Shown: positions 1 to 10,389, numbered from the stretch's first letter. The stretch: 64,000 bases of DNA from Gemmatimonadota bacterium (GCA_036679645.1 JAZDCY010000042.1:96001-160000); one strand, 5' to 3'. The notes: a model not told the origin generated them from the sequence alone. Program-made: numbers and translations.

Positions 1-840
1 ACGGTCGCGCTCGTCGGCGATGGGGGAGACGAGCTGTTCGCTGGTTACAACCGTTACGGGTATGGACGTCACGTGTTGCGTCGAGTGAGCGCGCTGCCAC
101 GATTCCTGCGGCGGGTGGCCGCCGCGGGAATAACGAGCGTGAGCCCGCGCGCGTGGAATAGGATGTACCGCGGGGCCAGCGCCGTTCTGCCAAGGGTGGA
201 CGGACACCGTCTCGTCGGGGAAAAACTGCACAAGGTCGCTGCGATCTTGGACTCATGGGACGACGCTGAGGGGTATCGTTCCCTCCTCTCGGCCTGGCAA
301 CATCCAGAGAGAGTGGTGAACAGCAGCTCCGCGTTGGATGACGATGTCTTGCGCCTGCTGAGCGCCGACTCACCGTCGCACATTCTCGATCGCATGATGC
401 TAGCGGATCAACTGACCTATTTGCCTGATGACCTGCTGGCTAAGGTGGACCGGGCCAGCATGGCCGTGAGTTTGGAAGTCCGCGCACCTCTGCTCGACCA
501 CCGCATCGTGGAGTTCGCCTGGCGTCTGCCGCTCGACATGAAGGTCCGCAACGGAACCAATAAGTGGATTTTGCGCCAAGTGCTCTATCGGCACGTGCCG
601 CGGACGCTCCTGGACCGCCCTAAGACAGGGTTTTCGGTACCGATCGAGGCGTGGCTCCGGGGCCCCCTGCGGGCCTGGGCCGAAGACTTGCTGGCAGGGA
701 TACATTCGATCCCTATACTACGCGCAGAGCCCGCCTTGAGGGCGTGGCGCGATCTGATGACGGAACGGCGTGGTGGCGGGCTAGCACTTTGGGCCCTCTT
801 GCTCTTCCTGGACTGGCAGTCACATTGGAAAGCGACATGA
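1..840 (+). CDS. asnB: Asparagine synthase (glutamine-hydrolysing)-type amidotransferase, C-terminal part; 5' end is outside the window
   Basis: Frame is open from base 1: TVALVGDGGDELFAGY, YLPDDLLAKVDRASMAVSLEVRAPLLDH and RPKTGFSVP are hallmark AsnB motifs. In a glycan locus it is probably a sugar amidotransferase. Confidence 0.92.
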   Translation, partial: TVALVGDGGDELFAGYNRYGYGRHVLRRVSALPRFLRRVAAAGITSVSPRAWNRMYRGASAVLPRVDGHRLVGEKLHKVAAILDSWDDAEGYRSLLSAWQHPERVVNSSSALDDDVLRLLSADSPSHILDRMMLADQLTYLPDDLLAKVDRASMAVSLEVRAPLLDHRIVEFAWRLPLDMKVRNGTNKWILRQVLYRHVPRTLLDRPKTGFSVPIEAWLRGPLRAWAEDLLAGIHSIPILRAEPALRAWRDLMTERRGGGLALWALLLFLDWQSHWKAT

Positions 841-859
841 CGCATCCGCTCGCTCTCGC

Positions 860-2059
860 ATGATGCGCATCCTCTACGTGTGGGATGCCGACTACCCTTG
901 GGATGTCCGGACCGAGAAGATCTGCCTTAGCCTAACGCAAGACGGCCATCAAGTCGTCATCGCGGCACGCAATCGCCAAGGCTTGCCGCGTAGCGAGACC
1001 CGGCCCGAAGGCGTGGTCGAGAGACTGCCTCCGTTTCGATTCCCGGGCGGCGACTATTTGTCTTTTCCCGCATTCTTCAATCCGTTCTGGCTGGGACACC
1101 TGCGCAAACTGCACCGGCGGCACCGAATCGATCTCGTCATCGTGCGGGATCTGCCGCTAGCACCCACCGCCCTCCTGACATTTCGAGGAAGGTGCCCTGT
1201 GATCCTAGACATGGCTGAAAACTACCCGGCCATGATCGCGGATATCTGGGATGATGGGCGTGCACATCCATGGGATTTCGTCGTCAGAAACCCGCGAATC
1301 GTTGCAGCGATCGAACGGCATGCGCTGCGCCGCGTGACCCATGTTTTGACCGTCGTGGAAGAGTCGCAAGCCCGGCTGCTCCGACTGGGCGTCCCGGCAG
1401 AGCGTGTGTCGGTAGTGTCGAATACCCCTCCACTGAGCCGAATCACCGAACTTGCCCGTCGGTCTGAAAGCGACCCCCTGCGCGTTGTGTACCTGGGACT
1501 CATGGAAACGCACCGCGGAGTGACGCAGTTGCTAGAGGCCGCCAAGCTGCTAACTGACGCCGGCATTGCGTTGCGTCTAGATCTGGTCGGGGACGGGAGA
1601 GACCACGACGCATACCGAGCCCATGCCGCCCGGCTTGGCATGCGTGCACCTGCGCTTGTGTTTCACGGCCGCCTCCGCCACGAGCAGGCGATCGAGGTGG
1701 TGACCCGGAGCCACATTGGCGTGGTCCCCCACCACGCCAGGGAATCATGGAACACGACCATTCCGAACAAGCTGTTCGATTACATGGCAGCCGGCCTAGC
1801 GGTCGTCAGTTCAGACGCTGTCCCCGCAGCGCGGATCATCGCGGAAACTGGAGCCGGGCTGGTGTTCCGCGGCGTCAACGCGACGGATCTGGCGGCGAAA
1901 TTGCGTATGCTTCTCGATCTTTCGTCGTGGGACCGGTGCCGGCACAATGGTCAGCAAGCCGTGCGAACGCGGTACAACTGGGAAGCAGACTCAGCCGTGT
2001 TGCTCAGTGTCGCGTCACGATTACAGCAAAGAATCCTGCGCGGACAGCGGACCGCCTGA
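860..2059 (+). CDS. Glycosyltransferase family 4 (GT-B)
   Basis: MRILY N-terminus, VYLGLMETHRG, PNKLFDYMAAGLAVVSSD, YNW. Confidence 0.9.
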   Translation: MMRILYVWDADYPWDVRTEKICLSLTQDGHQVVIAARNRQGLPRSETRPEGVVERLPPFRFPGGDYLSFPAFFNPFWLGHLRKLHRRHRIDLVIVRDLPLAPTALLTFRGRCPVILDMAENYPAMIADIWDDGRAHPWDFVVRNPRIVAAIERHALRRVTHVLTVVEESQARLLRLGVPAERVSVVSNTPPLSRITELARRSESDPLRVVYLGLMETHRGVTQLLEAAKLLTDAGIALRLDLVGDGRDHDAYRAHAARLGMRAPALVFHGRLRHEQAIEVVTRSHIGVVPHHARESWNTTIPNKLFDYMAAGLAVVSSDAVPAARIIAETGAGLVFRGVNATDLAAKLRMLLDLSSWDRCRHNGQQAVRTRYNWEADSAVLLSVASRLQQRILRGQRTA

Positions 2060-2157
2060 ACTCAGAGCTGTCGAGCGTAATCGGATGGTTGGAGTCTCGA
2101 CGAGTTGCGCTACGCCGTGGCTATTCTGGTCGGCAAGGACAAGGTGGCCGGGTGGCT

Positions 2158-3696
2158 CTACGGCATGAACCCAATCGGCCCGACCTTTGACACTACCATC
2201 TGATCGTAGAAGGGGATGCCAGCGGAGGCCGGGTTGGCCCAGTTCTCCCACCATAGCACTTCGACCTGGCATGGTGTCGTCGTACAGCCGAGCTGGTTGC
2301 GATCAAAGACCACGTTCGTCATCTGAGTTCGGAGCGTTGGACTACCGGTGCAAGCACCGTCCGTCCCGCAATCGTCTATCCACATCTCGATCAGCCCGTC
2401 GCCAACGGTGCCCTGTGAGTTCAAGCGAGCGTGCACCTCGAAGAAATACCACCGGCCGCTCTCCAGCGAGATGCCGCTGATGTTAGGACTCTGGCAGATG
2501 TCGCTGCCATTAATGATCTGGATATACGGTGTGGCCGTGCTGCTCGCGCTTCCAGTTCCGCAATTGAACTGGACATTAAACCAGGTAATGTCGCCATTGG
2601 CCTTGGTAAAGTTGGTGGATTTCTCCGCCCCCCACATGTAGCCCGCCTCGGCCTTGTAGTACCACCGAGCCCACAGCTCGGTGACCGGGCCACCGGCGAA
2701 CTTGTGCATCGCCATGTTCACTCCGCCGACGGACGTATGCAAACCACCGTGGGCCGCGCAATTCGTGCCATTCGCACCTGCGGCGCCACAAACCGCTGCC
2801 CCAGGCGGAGTGATCGGATTGGCGAAGATGTTACCGCACCAGCCCTTCTGCTCCTCCGTGAAGCCGCCATTGTCACAATCCTGCGTATACCAGAAGCCAG
2901 CCTCAAAATCGTCACAGTATAGCATGTTCGGGTCCGACCCGTCGCACCCCGGTTCCGACGAGTTGTAGAACTCGCCCACAACGGGCGGAACGGGCGGAGC
3001 GAGGCCGGTGGCGGTGAAGGTCACAGGTGATCCCGTAAGACCATCGCTCGTCGCCGTAAGCGTGTTCGTACCAGGAATTGACCCTAGCGTCCAGTTGCCG
3101 ACCCTGGCCACGCCGTCCGCGCCGGTCGTCTGGATCGGACCTGTGATGCTGCCAGCGCCACTCATTACGGCGAACGTGACCTCCACACCTACCTGGGGAT
3201 TGTTAGACTGATCCAGGACGATGACACTAGGGGCCGTCGCAACCTGAGCACCAACGAAGACTGACTGGTTGTCCCCGTCGTTCACGGCCAGAAGGGGAGC
3301 CGAGCCCGCAAGGCCGGTGGCGGTGAAGGTCACAGATGATCCCGGAAGAACCTCGCTCGTCGCCGTAAGCATGTTCGTACCAGCAGTTGGCCCGAGCGTC
3401 CAACTGCCGACCTTGGCCACGCCGTCCAAGCCGGTCGTCTGGTTCGGACCGGTGATGCTGCCAGCGCCACTCATTACGGCGAACGTGACCTCCACACCTG
3501 CCTGGGGATTGTTAGACTGATCCAGGACGATGGCACTAGGGGCCGTTGCAGCCTGAGTACCAACGAAGGCTGACTGGTTGTCCCCGTCGTTCACGACGAT
3601 CTGGGTCGCGGTGGCAACCACCATGGCCTGTGGGCCCCCGCACCCGAGGATGCAGCCAATCGGGACCAGGAGGGCAAGGCTGCGCTGGAGGGACAT
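2158..3696 (-). CDS. Lipoprotein with two tandem Big-1 (bacterial Ig-like) domains and a Cys-rich C-terminal beta-jelly-roll / polysaccharide-lyase-like domain
   Basis: ATG 3696 gives the signal peptide MSLQRSLALLVPIGCILGC (lipobox ILGC). Two GDNQ...VTF...WTLG...VTFTATG repeats follow. The C-terminus has CDDFE, ELWARWYY, GRWYFFEVHARLN, DGLIEMWID and FYDQMVVS. Confidence 0.75.
   Translation of the reverse strand: MSLQRSLALLVPIGCILGCGGPQAMVVATATQIVVNDGDNQSAFVGTQAATAPSAIVLDQSNNPQAGVEVTFAVMSGAGSITGPNQTTGLDGVAKVGSWTLGPTAGTNMLTATSEVLPGSSVTFTATGLAGSAPLLAVNDGDNQSVFVGAQVATAPSVIVLDQSNNPQVGVEVTFAVMSGAGSITGPIQTTGADGVARVGNWTLGSIPGTNTLTATSDGLTGSPVTFTATGLAPPVPPVVGEFYNSSEPGCDGSDPNMLYCDDFEAGFWYTQDCDNGGFTEEQKGWCGNIFANPITPPGAAVCGAAGANGTNCAAHGGLHTSVGGVNMAMHKFAGGPVTELWARWYYKAEAGYMWGAEKSTNFTKANGDITWFNVQFNCGTGSASSTATPYIQIINGSDICQSPNISGISLESGRWYFFEVHARLNSQGTVGDGLIEMWIDDCGTDGACTGSPTLRTQMTNVVFDRNQLGCTTTPCQVEVLWWENWANPASAGIPFYDQMVVSKVGPIGFMP
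3002..3595. repeat. Internal tandem duplication, period 309 bp (103 codons), encoding the two Big-1 domains
   Basis: 3002-3286 aligns with 3311-3595; e.g. aggccggtggcggtgaaggtcaca and ctggggattgttagactgatccaggacga occur in both copies. Confidence 0.9.
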
Positions 3697-3944
3697 CTTG
3701 GCTCCTGCGGTTGGTTTCCTTCCCCGCTTCCGGCGGACTCGGCGGAAAGGAACCGTCAAACTGGCTAGCTCCAAGGGAGCCCCAGATTCTAGCCCAGGCC
3801 ACCCGCGCGAGTCAAGAGACACCAAGCCCGCGAAATGGATACCCGCCGCGGAGACTGCTCTTGAACGACGACGGCGACTTGCGCCCAAGAACCCCGAGCG
3901 TGGCGTGCATGAAACACTGGATCCAACCTCAAGGCTCCCGCGCC

Positions 3945-3958
3945 GGTACGCGTCTTGC
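3945..3958 (+). promoter_or_regulatory. Putative sigma54 (-24/-12) promoter of the SGNH gene
   Basis: GGTACGcgtcTTGCta, GG-N10-GC spacing, close to consensus TGGCACG-N4-TTGCW; about 40 nt before RBS GAGGT + TTG 4000. Confidence 0.6.
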
Positions 3959-3999
3959 TAGAGGGGTTGCGATTGGCTCCTGCCCCACATGAGGTACGT

Positions 4000-5208
4000 T
4001 TGACTACTCCACCCGCGAGCCGTCTTCCACTTTGGAAGCGCCTTGTCTTCACCGCCGTGCCGGTCATCCTCCTGGGCGCCACGCTGGAGGTCGGTGCCGT
4101 CCTCGTCCTGCGTCACACGCAAGGCTACGACGGTCGCCACCTCCTTCATTACGTGTTTGACCCATACAAGAACGTACTTCCGACGCCGAACCTGGTGGAC
4201 CTGCGCGGCGTCCGGCACGAAAGCCACGGCTTCCGGCGGGATACCGACGTCTCTCACGCAAAGCCACCCGGAACATATCGCATCTTTCTGATGGGCGCCT
4301 CCACGGCGTACGGGCTCGGTGGTCTGTGGCCGCACATCCAGCGCGACTGGCCGGTCCTGCAGAGCGATCAGACTATTGACCATTATCTTGAGGAGATGCT
4401 GCAGGACTCCCTCGGAGTCCCCGTTGAAGTGATTAATGCCGCCATCGCGAGTGTCTGGATGCACCACCACTTGATCTACCTCAACCAGACCATCCTTGGC
4501 TTCGATCCCGACATGATCCTTTTCCTAGACGGCTTCAATGACTGGTACATGGTAGACCCGAGCCACGATCAGTTTGCGTCCTACGCATACCAAGAGACGT
4601 CCGCTGTCATTATGGGCGACCCGACCCTGTACAGCCTGGCCTATATGAACAGCTGGTGGATCTTCCGCACCAGCGCGTTTGCCCACCTCGCAATCCGATC
4701 GTTGCGGTCGGCTAAGGCATTGTTGATATCCCCTCCGAAGAACCGCACTCCGGTCAATGTCGAGGAGGCGCTCGCCATCCACCGTGAAGTGTTCGGTCGC
4801 ACGGCGCTGAAGATGATCGACCGGATCGCCGTTCTCCTGCACCACGAAGGAATCCGAGCCGTTTTCATGCAACAGCCCCAACTTATCCTCGAACGTGAGC
4901 GTTCGCAGATGCCCGAGGTTGAGCGGAGGCTGTTCGAGTTCAACGTCGCAAGCTGGCTGCCCGGTTGGGAGGAGTTCATACACCGGGCAGTACCCGAGGT
5001 CTCGAGGCGCGTAGCCGAGACCGTCGCAAAGGATGGCCAGACCTATCTGGACCTCACGGGAATCCTTCGCCAAATGGATGGACAGGTATTCACCGACTAC
5101 GCGCATCTCACGCCCGAGGCGAACCACGTGCTGGCACAACGCGTCTTCCGGCACATCATGCCCATGATCCGTAGTGACATCGGGCGGGTCAACAGGCAGC
5201 CGTTCTAG
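4000..5208 (+). CDS. SGNH/GDSL hydrolase-like membrane-anchored protein (polysaccharide O-acylation accessory)
   Basis: N-terminal TM helix, GFRR, YRIFLMGASTAYG, VEVINAA, DGFND, FTDYAHLT. Start placed at TTG 4000 after GAGGT (ORF is open from 3955). Confidence 0.8.
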   Translation: MTTPPASRLPLWKRLVFTAVPVILLGATLEVGAVLVLRHTQGYDGRHLLHYVFDPYKNVLPTPNLVDLRGVRHESHGFRRDTDVSHAKPPGTYRIFLMGASTAYGLGGLWPHIQRDWPVLQSDQTIDHYLEEMLQDSLGVPVEVINAAIASVWMHHHLIYLNQTILGFDPDMILFLDGFNDWYMVDPSHDQFASYAYQETSAVIMGDPTLYSLAYMNSWWIFRTSAFAHLAIRSLRSAKALLISPPKNRTPVNVEEALAIHREVFGRTALKMIDRIAVLLHHEGIRAVFMQQPQLILERERSQMPEVERRLFEFNVASWLPGWEEFIHRAVPEVSRRVAETVAKDGQTYLDLTGILRQMDGQVFTDYAHLTPEANHVLAQRVFRHIMPMIRSDIGRVNRQPF

Positions 5209-5412
5209 ATCCTCTCGCCATCCACTTCGCACGTCCGCCGGCCACCTGTGGTCGATACGCCTTGGGTCCGCTCCGGACGTGGGCCGGTTAGCTGAACGGC
5301 GGAGAAAGGTCCTCGAGACACGGGATCGGGATACGCCCTGAAGTCAGCCTCCCTATAAGTGCTTATGTCAGAACAAGGTAGCTGGAGTTGATGCGGGGAC
5401 GTTCACCGACCG

Positions 5413-6627
5413 ATGATTGGCATTATCCGTGCAGACGCTTCGTTCTGTATGTACCTGAGTCGGCCGGCGTCCCGTCTGCGGCAGCTCCTGCCCAACCTTG
5501 CCCTCTTCGCACTCGGGACCGTGGCGTCGATGGGCCTCGCTGAGGTGATCGTCCGCCTGGCTGCCCCACAGCAGCTGATCCAGCTGCGACCGGACCTCTT
5601 CCGACCCGTCGACTCACTCGGCTGGATGCACCAGCCGAACATCCATACCCAAGTGAACACTGGGAACGGACCCGTCTGGATGCACACAGACAGCAGCGGC
5701 TTCCGTGTGGCCAAGGCGGGGCGAGCGGGAGGTCGGCCCCGCGTGCTGGTTCTCGGTGATTCATTCCTGGCCGCAATGCAAGTCGAGTATGAGCAAAGCT
5801 TACCCGGGCTGATGGAGCAGTGTTTGGCGTCCTCCAGTGGACAAACCGCCGAAGTGTGGAACACTGCCGTCAGCGGTTGGGGCCCGAATCAGTATTACTT
5901 GCAGGCCGCTCGGGTGCTCAACGCCGCGACGTTTGACGTGATGGTTGTCGGAGTCTTTCTTGGGAACGATGTCGTCGACTACCGTCGACCGTATGCGCCG
6001 CGTGAGCCGTGGCCGCGGCGCCGGTTCCGCGTACCTCGAGATTTTACGCCGCGGGAGTTCATCGACGCCATTCTTGCACCGATCAATGACGGCCTCGAAA
6101 CTCGGTCGCACCTGTTCGTCTTTCTCAAGAACCGATTCCAGGGTATCTTGATGCGCCTTGGTTTAACGGCAATCGAGGTTCCTACGGAATTGCGCCGAGA
6201 CCAGGCGAGCTCGCCGCGCTGGAGTATTACTGCGGACATTCTTGCCGCGATGGACTCCCTGGCGACAGTCCACGGAATCTCCGCCCTTTTCGTTCTCATT
6301 CCGTCGATAGAGCAGGTGGACGCCCAAGTCCTGAAGACCAGGGTCCACGCGTTTGGGATCGAGCCAGGGTCGCTCGACGTGGATCAGCCAAGTCGTCTGC
6401 TTTCCGCTGAGCTCGGAAAACGAAAACTCCGGTACGTTTCACTCCTCGAGCCATTACGCACAGCCCAAGCCCGCGGTCTGTCGCTGTACGGCCGCGTGGA
6501 CACGCATCCCAGCGCAGACGGTCACCGAGTCATGTGGAATGCAGTCGCTCCGGAACTCTCGGACGTGCTCGGACTCCCAACGGGCGATTACGCCCGTGTG
6601 CCCCACCAGGCCTGTAGGGTAGAATGA
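5413..6627 (+). CDS. SGNH hydrolase-like protein (AlgX/AlgJ-like)
   Basis: TM helix, VLVLGDSF, NTAVSGWGP, GND, DTHPSADGH; alternative start ATG 5449. Confidence 0.82.
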   Translation: MIGIIRADASFCMYLSRPASRLRQLLPNLALFALGTVASMGLAEVIVRLAAPQQLIQLRPDLFRPVDSLGWMHQPNIHTQVNTGNGPVWMHTDSSGFRVAKAGRAGGRPRVLVLGDSFLAAMQVEYEQSLPGLMEQCLASSSGQTAEVWNTAVSGWGPNQYYLQAARVLNAATFDVMVVGVFLGNDVVDYRRPYAPREPWPRRRFRVPRDFTPREFIDAILAPINDGLETRSHLFVFLKNRFQGILMRLGLTAIEVPTELRRDQASSPRWSITADILAAMDSLATVHGISALFVLIPSIEQVDAQVLKTRVHAFGIEPGSLDVDQPSRLLSAELGKRKLRYVSLLEPLRTAQARGLSLYGRVDTHPSADGHRVMWNAVAPELSDVLGLPTGDYARVPHQACRVE

Positions 6628-7961
6628 GTCGCCGCCCCACACCGGTTCCCACGGCACCCGCACCTCCGTGGCCTGCTTGGGTGACCGGGCGCGGCGCCGC
6701 GGCCGTTCCGCGGATCCCGCAACGGCTGGGCGTGCTGTTCCCCCTGCTCCTGGTTTGGCTCGCCTTCGAGTTTGGACGACCCCCCGTAACGCTGAGGATC
6801 CCCCTCCTCATTGCGGTTACGTTGGGCGTGGGCTGGGCTCTCAAGAGTGATAAGCGATTGGGTACCTTGGCGTGGGGATTCCTCAGTTTCCTTGGCGTAA
6901 TGGTTATTGGCATTCCGCTGGCAGAAAACGAGTTCTCAGCGGTGTGGACCACCTATTACATGGTGGCGTTGACGTTTGTTGTCATACCCCTCCCGTCGAT
7001 CGTAACCAGCGTTCGACGACTGCGAGTCTTGACCCACGCACTCGTCGCGGTTGCCGTGTTCGTAGGTATTTGGGCCATGTTTCATGGCGGGTATGGGCCC
7101 TCGGGGGCGTTTGGGGGCCAGGACGAGAACTATGTGGCGGCACTGATGGGGATGAGTATTCCATTGGCGTATTTTTCCATCTACTGTGAATCGCGGCGAG
7201 TAGTAAGGACGCTCCTCGTGCTCGCGATCCTCGTGTTCTGCAGCGCGACGGTCGTGAGCTTTTCGCGAGGTGGATTCGTTGGTATGTTCGCCGTGGGCCT
7301 GTATTGCATCATGCGATCGCGCAGAAAGGGACTTGGCCTCGGCATGTTCGCGGCCGTGACCGCAGGTGTATTGGTGTTTGCTAGCACCGCGTACCTTCAA
7401 GAGGTAAAGACAATCACGAATTACCAAGAAGGCACCGCCGACCTCCGCCTTCAACTGTGGGCAATGGGTTTGCGAGCGTGGCAGGCAAGTCCGTTCCTCG
7501 GAGTCGGGCCTGGAAACTTCCGTTGGGTCGTCGGAGAGTACCAGTCGGTCGAGCAACTGGAGATGATCGGACGAGCCGTGGGGGGAAGTTACGCGCATTC
7601 TCTGTACGTAGAGTTACTGGTGGACCTGGGGTTAGTCGGTGCGATCATCTTTGGCGTAATCGTCCTGCGTACATGGACCGACCTCCGTCGCGTACAGCGA
7701 GGCGGCGTTAGGCCGCCGGGCGAGAGCGATCACGTCGCGTTGGGTCATTACGCGGACGCCATTCGTGCAAGCATGCTAGCCGTCCTTGTGAATGGGCTGT
7801 TCTTGTCCTTGTTGTACTACGCCCATATCTGGGTGCTGGTTGCAGTGGGAAGCGCAATCACCCAGATGTATGACTCCCGAATGAGGGGGATTGAAATCGG
7901 GAAGATGTCGACACCTCGACCGGGAGCACGTGTGAGCTCGGCAAAGAGGACCAGACGGTGA
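6624..7961 (+). CDS. O-antigen ligase / Wzy polymerase family membrane protein
   Basis: Multi-TM; DEN, SFSRGG, R..LW, PFLGVGPGNF, AHSLYVELLVDLG. Confidence 0.85.
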   Translation: MSRRPTPVPTAPAPPWPAWVTGRGAAAVPRIPQRLGVLFPLLLVWLAFEFGRPPVTLRIPLLIAVTLGVGWALKSDKRLGTLAWGFLSFLGVMVIGIPLAENEFSAVWTTYYMVALTFVVIPLPSIVTSVRRLRVLTHALVAVAVFVGIWAMFHGGYGPSGAFGGQDENYVAALMGMSIPLAYFSIYCESRRVVRTLLVLAILVFCSATVVSFSRGGFVGMFAVGLYCIMRSRRKGLGLGMFAAVTAGVLVFASTAYLQEVKTITNYQEGTADLRLQLWAMGLRAWQASPFLGVGPGNFRWVVGEYQSVEQLEMIGRAVGGSYAHSLYVELLVDLGLVGAIIFGVIVLRTWTDLRRVQRGGVRPPGESDHVALGHYADAIRASMLAVLVNGLFLSLLYYAHIWVLVAVGSAITQMYDSRMRGIEIGKMSTPRPGARVSSAKRTRR

Positions 7962-9181
7962 CGGCGGCGCCAAGCGGAGGCAAGCACCGAGACGCGCGCG
8001 GGACCACGAGATCAATGAGACTGTTCACCAATGGATTGATTGCCGCCACTGCCGTTCTGCTCTCGGTCGCGTTCATCGAGCTGGGGCTCCGCGTGGCCCT
8101 CCCGCAGCCGCTTGGCGTAATCCACCATGATCCCTATGGCCTCCCGGTGCACTGGCCAGGGCTGGTCACCTATCTGCCACGATTCGGCCAACGCATATCG
8201 TTCAATTCCGCTGGCATGCGCGACCGAGAACATGCCCTAGCGAAGCCGCCAGGCACATGCCGAGTACTGGTACTGGGTGATTCCTTTATGGAAGCACTAC
8301 AAGTGCGCTTCGACTCCTCGTTCCCTGCCCTGCTCGAGCGGGGTCTCGCGGCGGAGTCGCGAAATCCGATCGAAGTTGTCAGTGCCGGCGTGGGCGGATG
8401 GGGAACGGCCGAGCAGTTGCGGTATCTAACGGACTACGGCTTATCGTGGAGTCCGGATTTGGTACTCATCATGATGACGCTACACAACGATATAAGCGAT
8501 AACCTGCGCGAGCAGTTCTACTCCGTACGCAATGGTGTCCTCACGGAGCAACCCCGAAGGCGAGCGTCGGTCCTTGGCTACAAGCTAGTACAGCTGAAGA
8601 GTTATCTGGCCACCCACTCTCACTTTTTCCAGCTCCTAAGAAAGGCCAGACTTAATCGGCAAATCAGTACTACGGGAAAGCAATTACGTGCTCATGTCGT
8701 GGACTTGCTTGCCGAGTCGACGCCACCGAGCATCGTGCAGGGCTTTGAGCTCACCGAACTGCTGCTGGAGGAGATCCGCAGCCTTACGATGGCTAGGTCA
8801 GGTCGTGTGGTTCTGGTGTTGCTGCCACTCCAGACACAGGTCTCGGACGCCCGTTTCGCTGCCTTCGTTCGTACCGCCGCCGACACGACATCACAGATGC
8901 ACCTCGACGAGCCGCAGCGATACATGAGGGCCATCGCCGACCGCCTCGGCCTGCCGGTGATTGATCTCTTACCGGGATTCCGCGAGTGGACAGCTACCGG
9001 CGGATCTGCCCTTTATCTGAAAGGCGACGGACATTGGACCGAGGGCGGCCACCGCCTCGCGGCTGCGATGGTCGCGAAGGAACTGCGGCGCCACCAACCG
9101 TTGCCGTGGCGTGAAATCCAAACGCCCTCTGGGCCAGATGCCGAGGCTCACTGCATCGCGTTACCGGAAGTTGGAACCTAG
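7958..9181 (+). CDS. SGNH hydrolase-like protein (AlgX/AlgJ-like)
   Basis: NSAGMRD, RVLVLGDSF, GVGGWGT, HND, DGHWTEGGH. Confidence 0.82.
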   Translation: MTAAPSGGKHRDARGTTRSMRLFTNGLIAATAVLLSVAFIELGLRVALPQPLGVIHHDPYGLPVHWPGLVTYLPRFGQRISFNSAGMRDREHALAKPPGTCRVLVLGDSFMEALQVRFDSSFPALLERGLAAESRNPIEVVSAGVGGWGTAEQLRYLTDYGLSWSPDLVLIMMTLHNDISDNLREQFYSVRNGVLTEQPRRRASVLGYKLVQLKSYLATHSHFFQLLRKARLNRQISTTGKQLRAHVVDLLAESTPPSIVQGFELTELLLEEIRSLTMARSGRVVLVLLPLQTQVSDARFAAFVRTAADTTSQMHLDEPQRYMRAIADRLGLPVIDLLPGFREWTATGGSALYLKGDGHWTEGGHRLAAAMVAKELRRHQPLPWREIQTPSGPDAEAHCIALPEVGT

Positions 9182-9209
9182 AAGCTGGTTTGCCATTGTG
9201 CCGCGCTGA

Positions 9210-10175
9210 CTAGGCCGGGACAGCCAGTAGCTCCCGCCATGCAGCGCGCCATTTCCTCACAACCAAATCGGCAGCCCAGCGCCACTGCATGCCCCTCCAT
9301 TCAGGTGGCGACAGGATGCCCGGACCGTTCCGCGTGGTCCGTAGCCAGTCGAGTAGCTGTCCTACAGGAACGAACCAGCCCGGCCTTTCCGCCAAGCGCT
9401 CAAGGAGGAGGCGCGTCTGTGGATGAACAGATCCCCCAGACGCAAACCCTTTGCCGAGGTGCGTTGCTACGATGCAGATGCCTCCTTCGCGTTCCAGCCG
9501 TTCCTGACTTGCGGGACCGATGAGACGGTTGAACTCTCCAACATCCTCGGCATCGGTGGCGGAGAACCACCATCGTACAAGGGGCCGGCGCGGATCGTGA
9601 TACGGCATCGAGGGGTTGATGCGACAAAGATTGATCTCTGAGAACGTCAGATTGCGCACGTACGTGATTTGGGCTGTCAGGTCACCCCACCACCATGGCG
9701 TGCCCGGGACGTGCCCGCAGAAACGTCGCCCGCTCTTTCCGAGAGCACGGGCGTAGAGGGTGCGAAGCAGCGGGTCATCGATGCGCTCGATCCCCCAGTA
9801 CAGGTTTTCGCGATTGGACGCATGGTTGGCGTAGACCCGTGGCGGTGCGCCAAACAGCTCCCGAAACCGGGTCAGGCCCCGCTCAGTGCGGTCACGCGTG
9901 GAACTCTCCATCGTCGCACCATGGTACGCAATCTCGAAGCCCCGCGAAGCTAGCTGGCGGACGAAGTCGAGGTACAGCTCGTCCTCCAGTGTGCTTGAGG
10001 TGCCAAATTTTCGGCTGCCCTCCGGGCAGGCGAAGGGCCAAACCGTCTTGGTCGTGCGGAACCCGAGTTCCTCAAGAAGACGATATACCGGCCCCACGTT
10101 CTCAAGGGTGGCAACGTCAGTATCGTCCATGATCGTGAACGCAAAACGCTTCCCGTCCGGGAGCATCGATCTCAC
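9210..10175 (-). CDS. Putative polysaccharide deacetylase-like (NodB-fold) protein
   Basis: AFTIMDDTD, GFEIAYHG, IVATH, GWFVPV; divergent member of the fold. Confidence 0.6.
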   Translation of the reverse strand: MRSMLPDGKRFAFTIMDDTDVATLENVGPVYRLLEELGFRTTKTVWPFACPEGSRKFGTSSTLEDELYLDFVRQLASRGFEIAYHGATMESSTRDRTERGLTRFRELFGAPPRVYANHASNRENLYWGIERIDDPLLRTLYARALGKSGRRFCGHVPGTPWWWGDLTAQITYVRNLTFSEINLCRINPSMPYHDPRRPLVRWWFSATDAEDVGEFNRLIGPASQERLEREGGICIVATHLGKGFASGGSVHPQTRLLLERLAERPGWFVPVGQLLDWLRTTRNGPGILSPPEWRGMQWRWAADLVVRKWRAAWRELLAVPA

Positions 10176-10389
10176 GCGGCGCTAAGGAGATCGAGAATAG
10201 AGCGTTATTCCTGGCTGCACGCCGCACGCTCGATCCAGGCCTGGCGAACGCGTCGGCCAGCACTGCCACGCAGGCTTCGATCCGCCATTAAACCTCGGCG
10301 AACACCGTCGCTGACTGATCGACGGGTCCCAGATGGCGCGAACTTCGCGTGCAAGCCGCGAGAAGTCGCCCCCGAATCCCGCACTCTCC

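Noticed and set aside
1..840. Lasso-peptide cyclase
   Set aside because: No precursor, B1/B2 or peptidase seen downstream; the neighbour is a glycosyltransferase (upstream context not visible)
3002..3595. CRISPR array or mobile-element repeat
   Set aside because: Two in-frame coding repeats of 309 bp, no spacers, no cas genes
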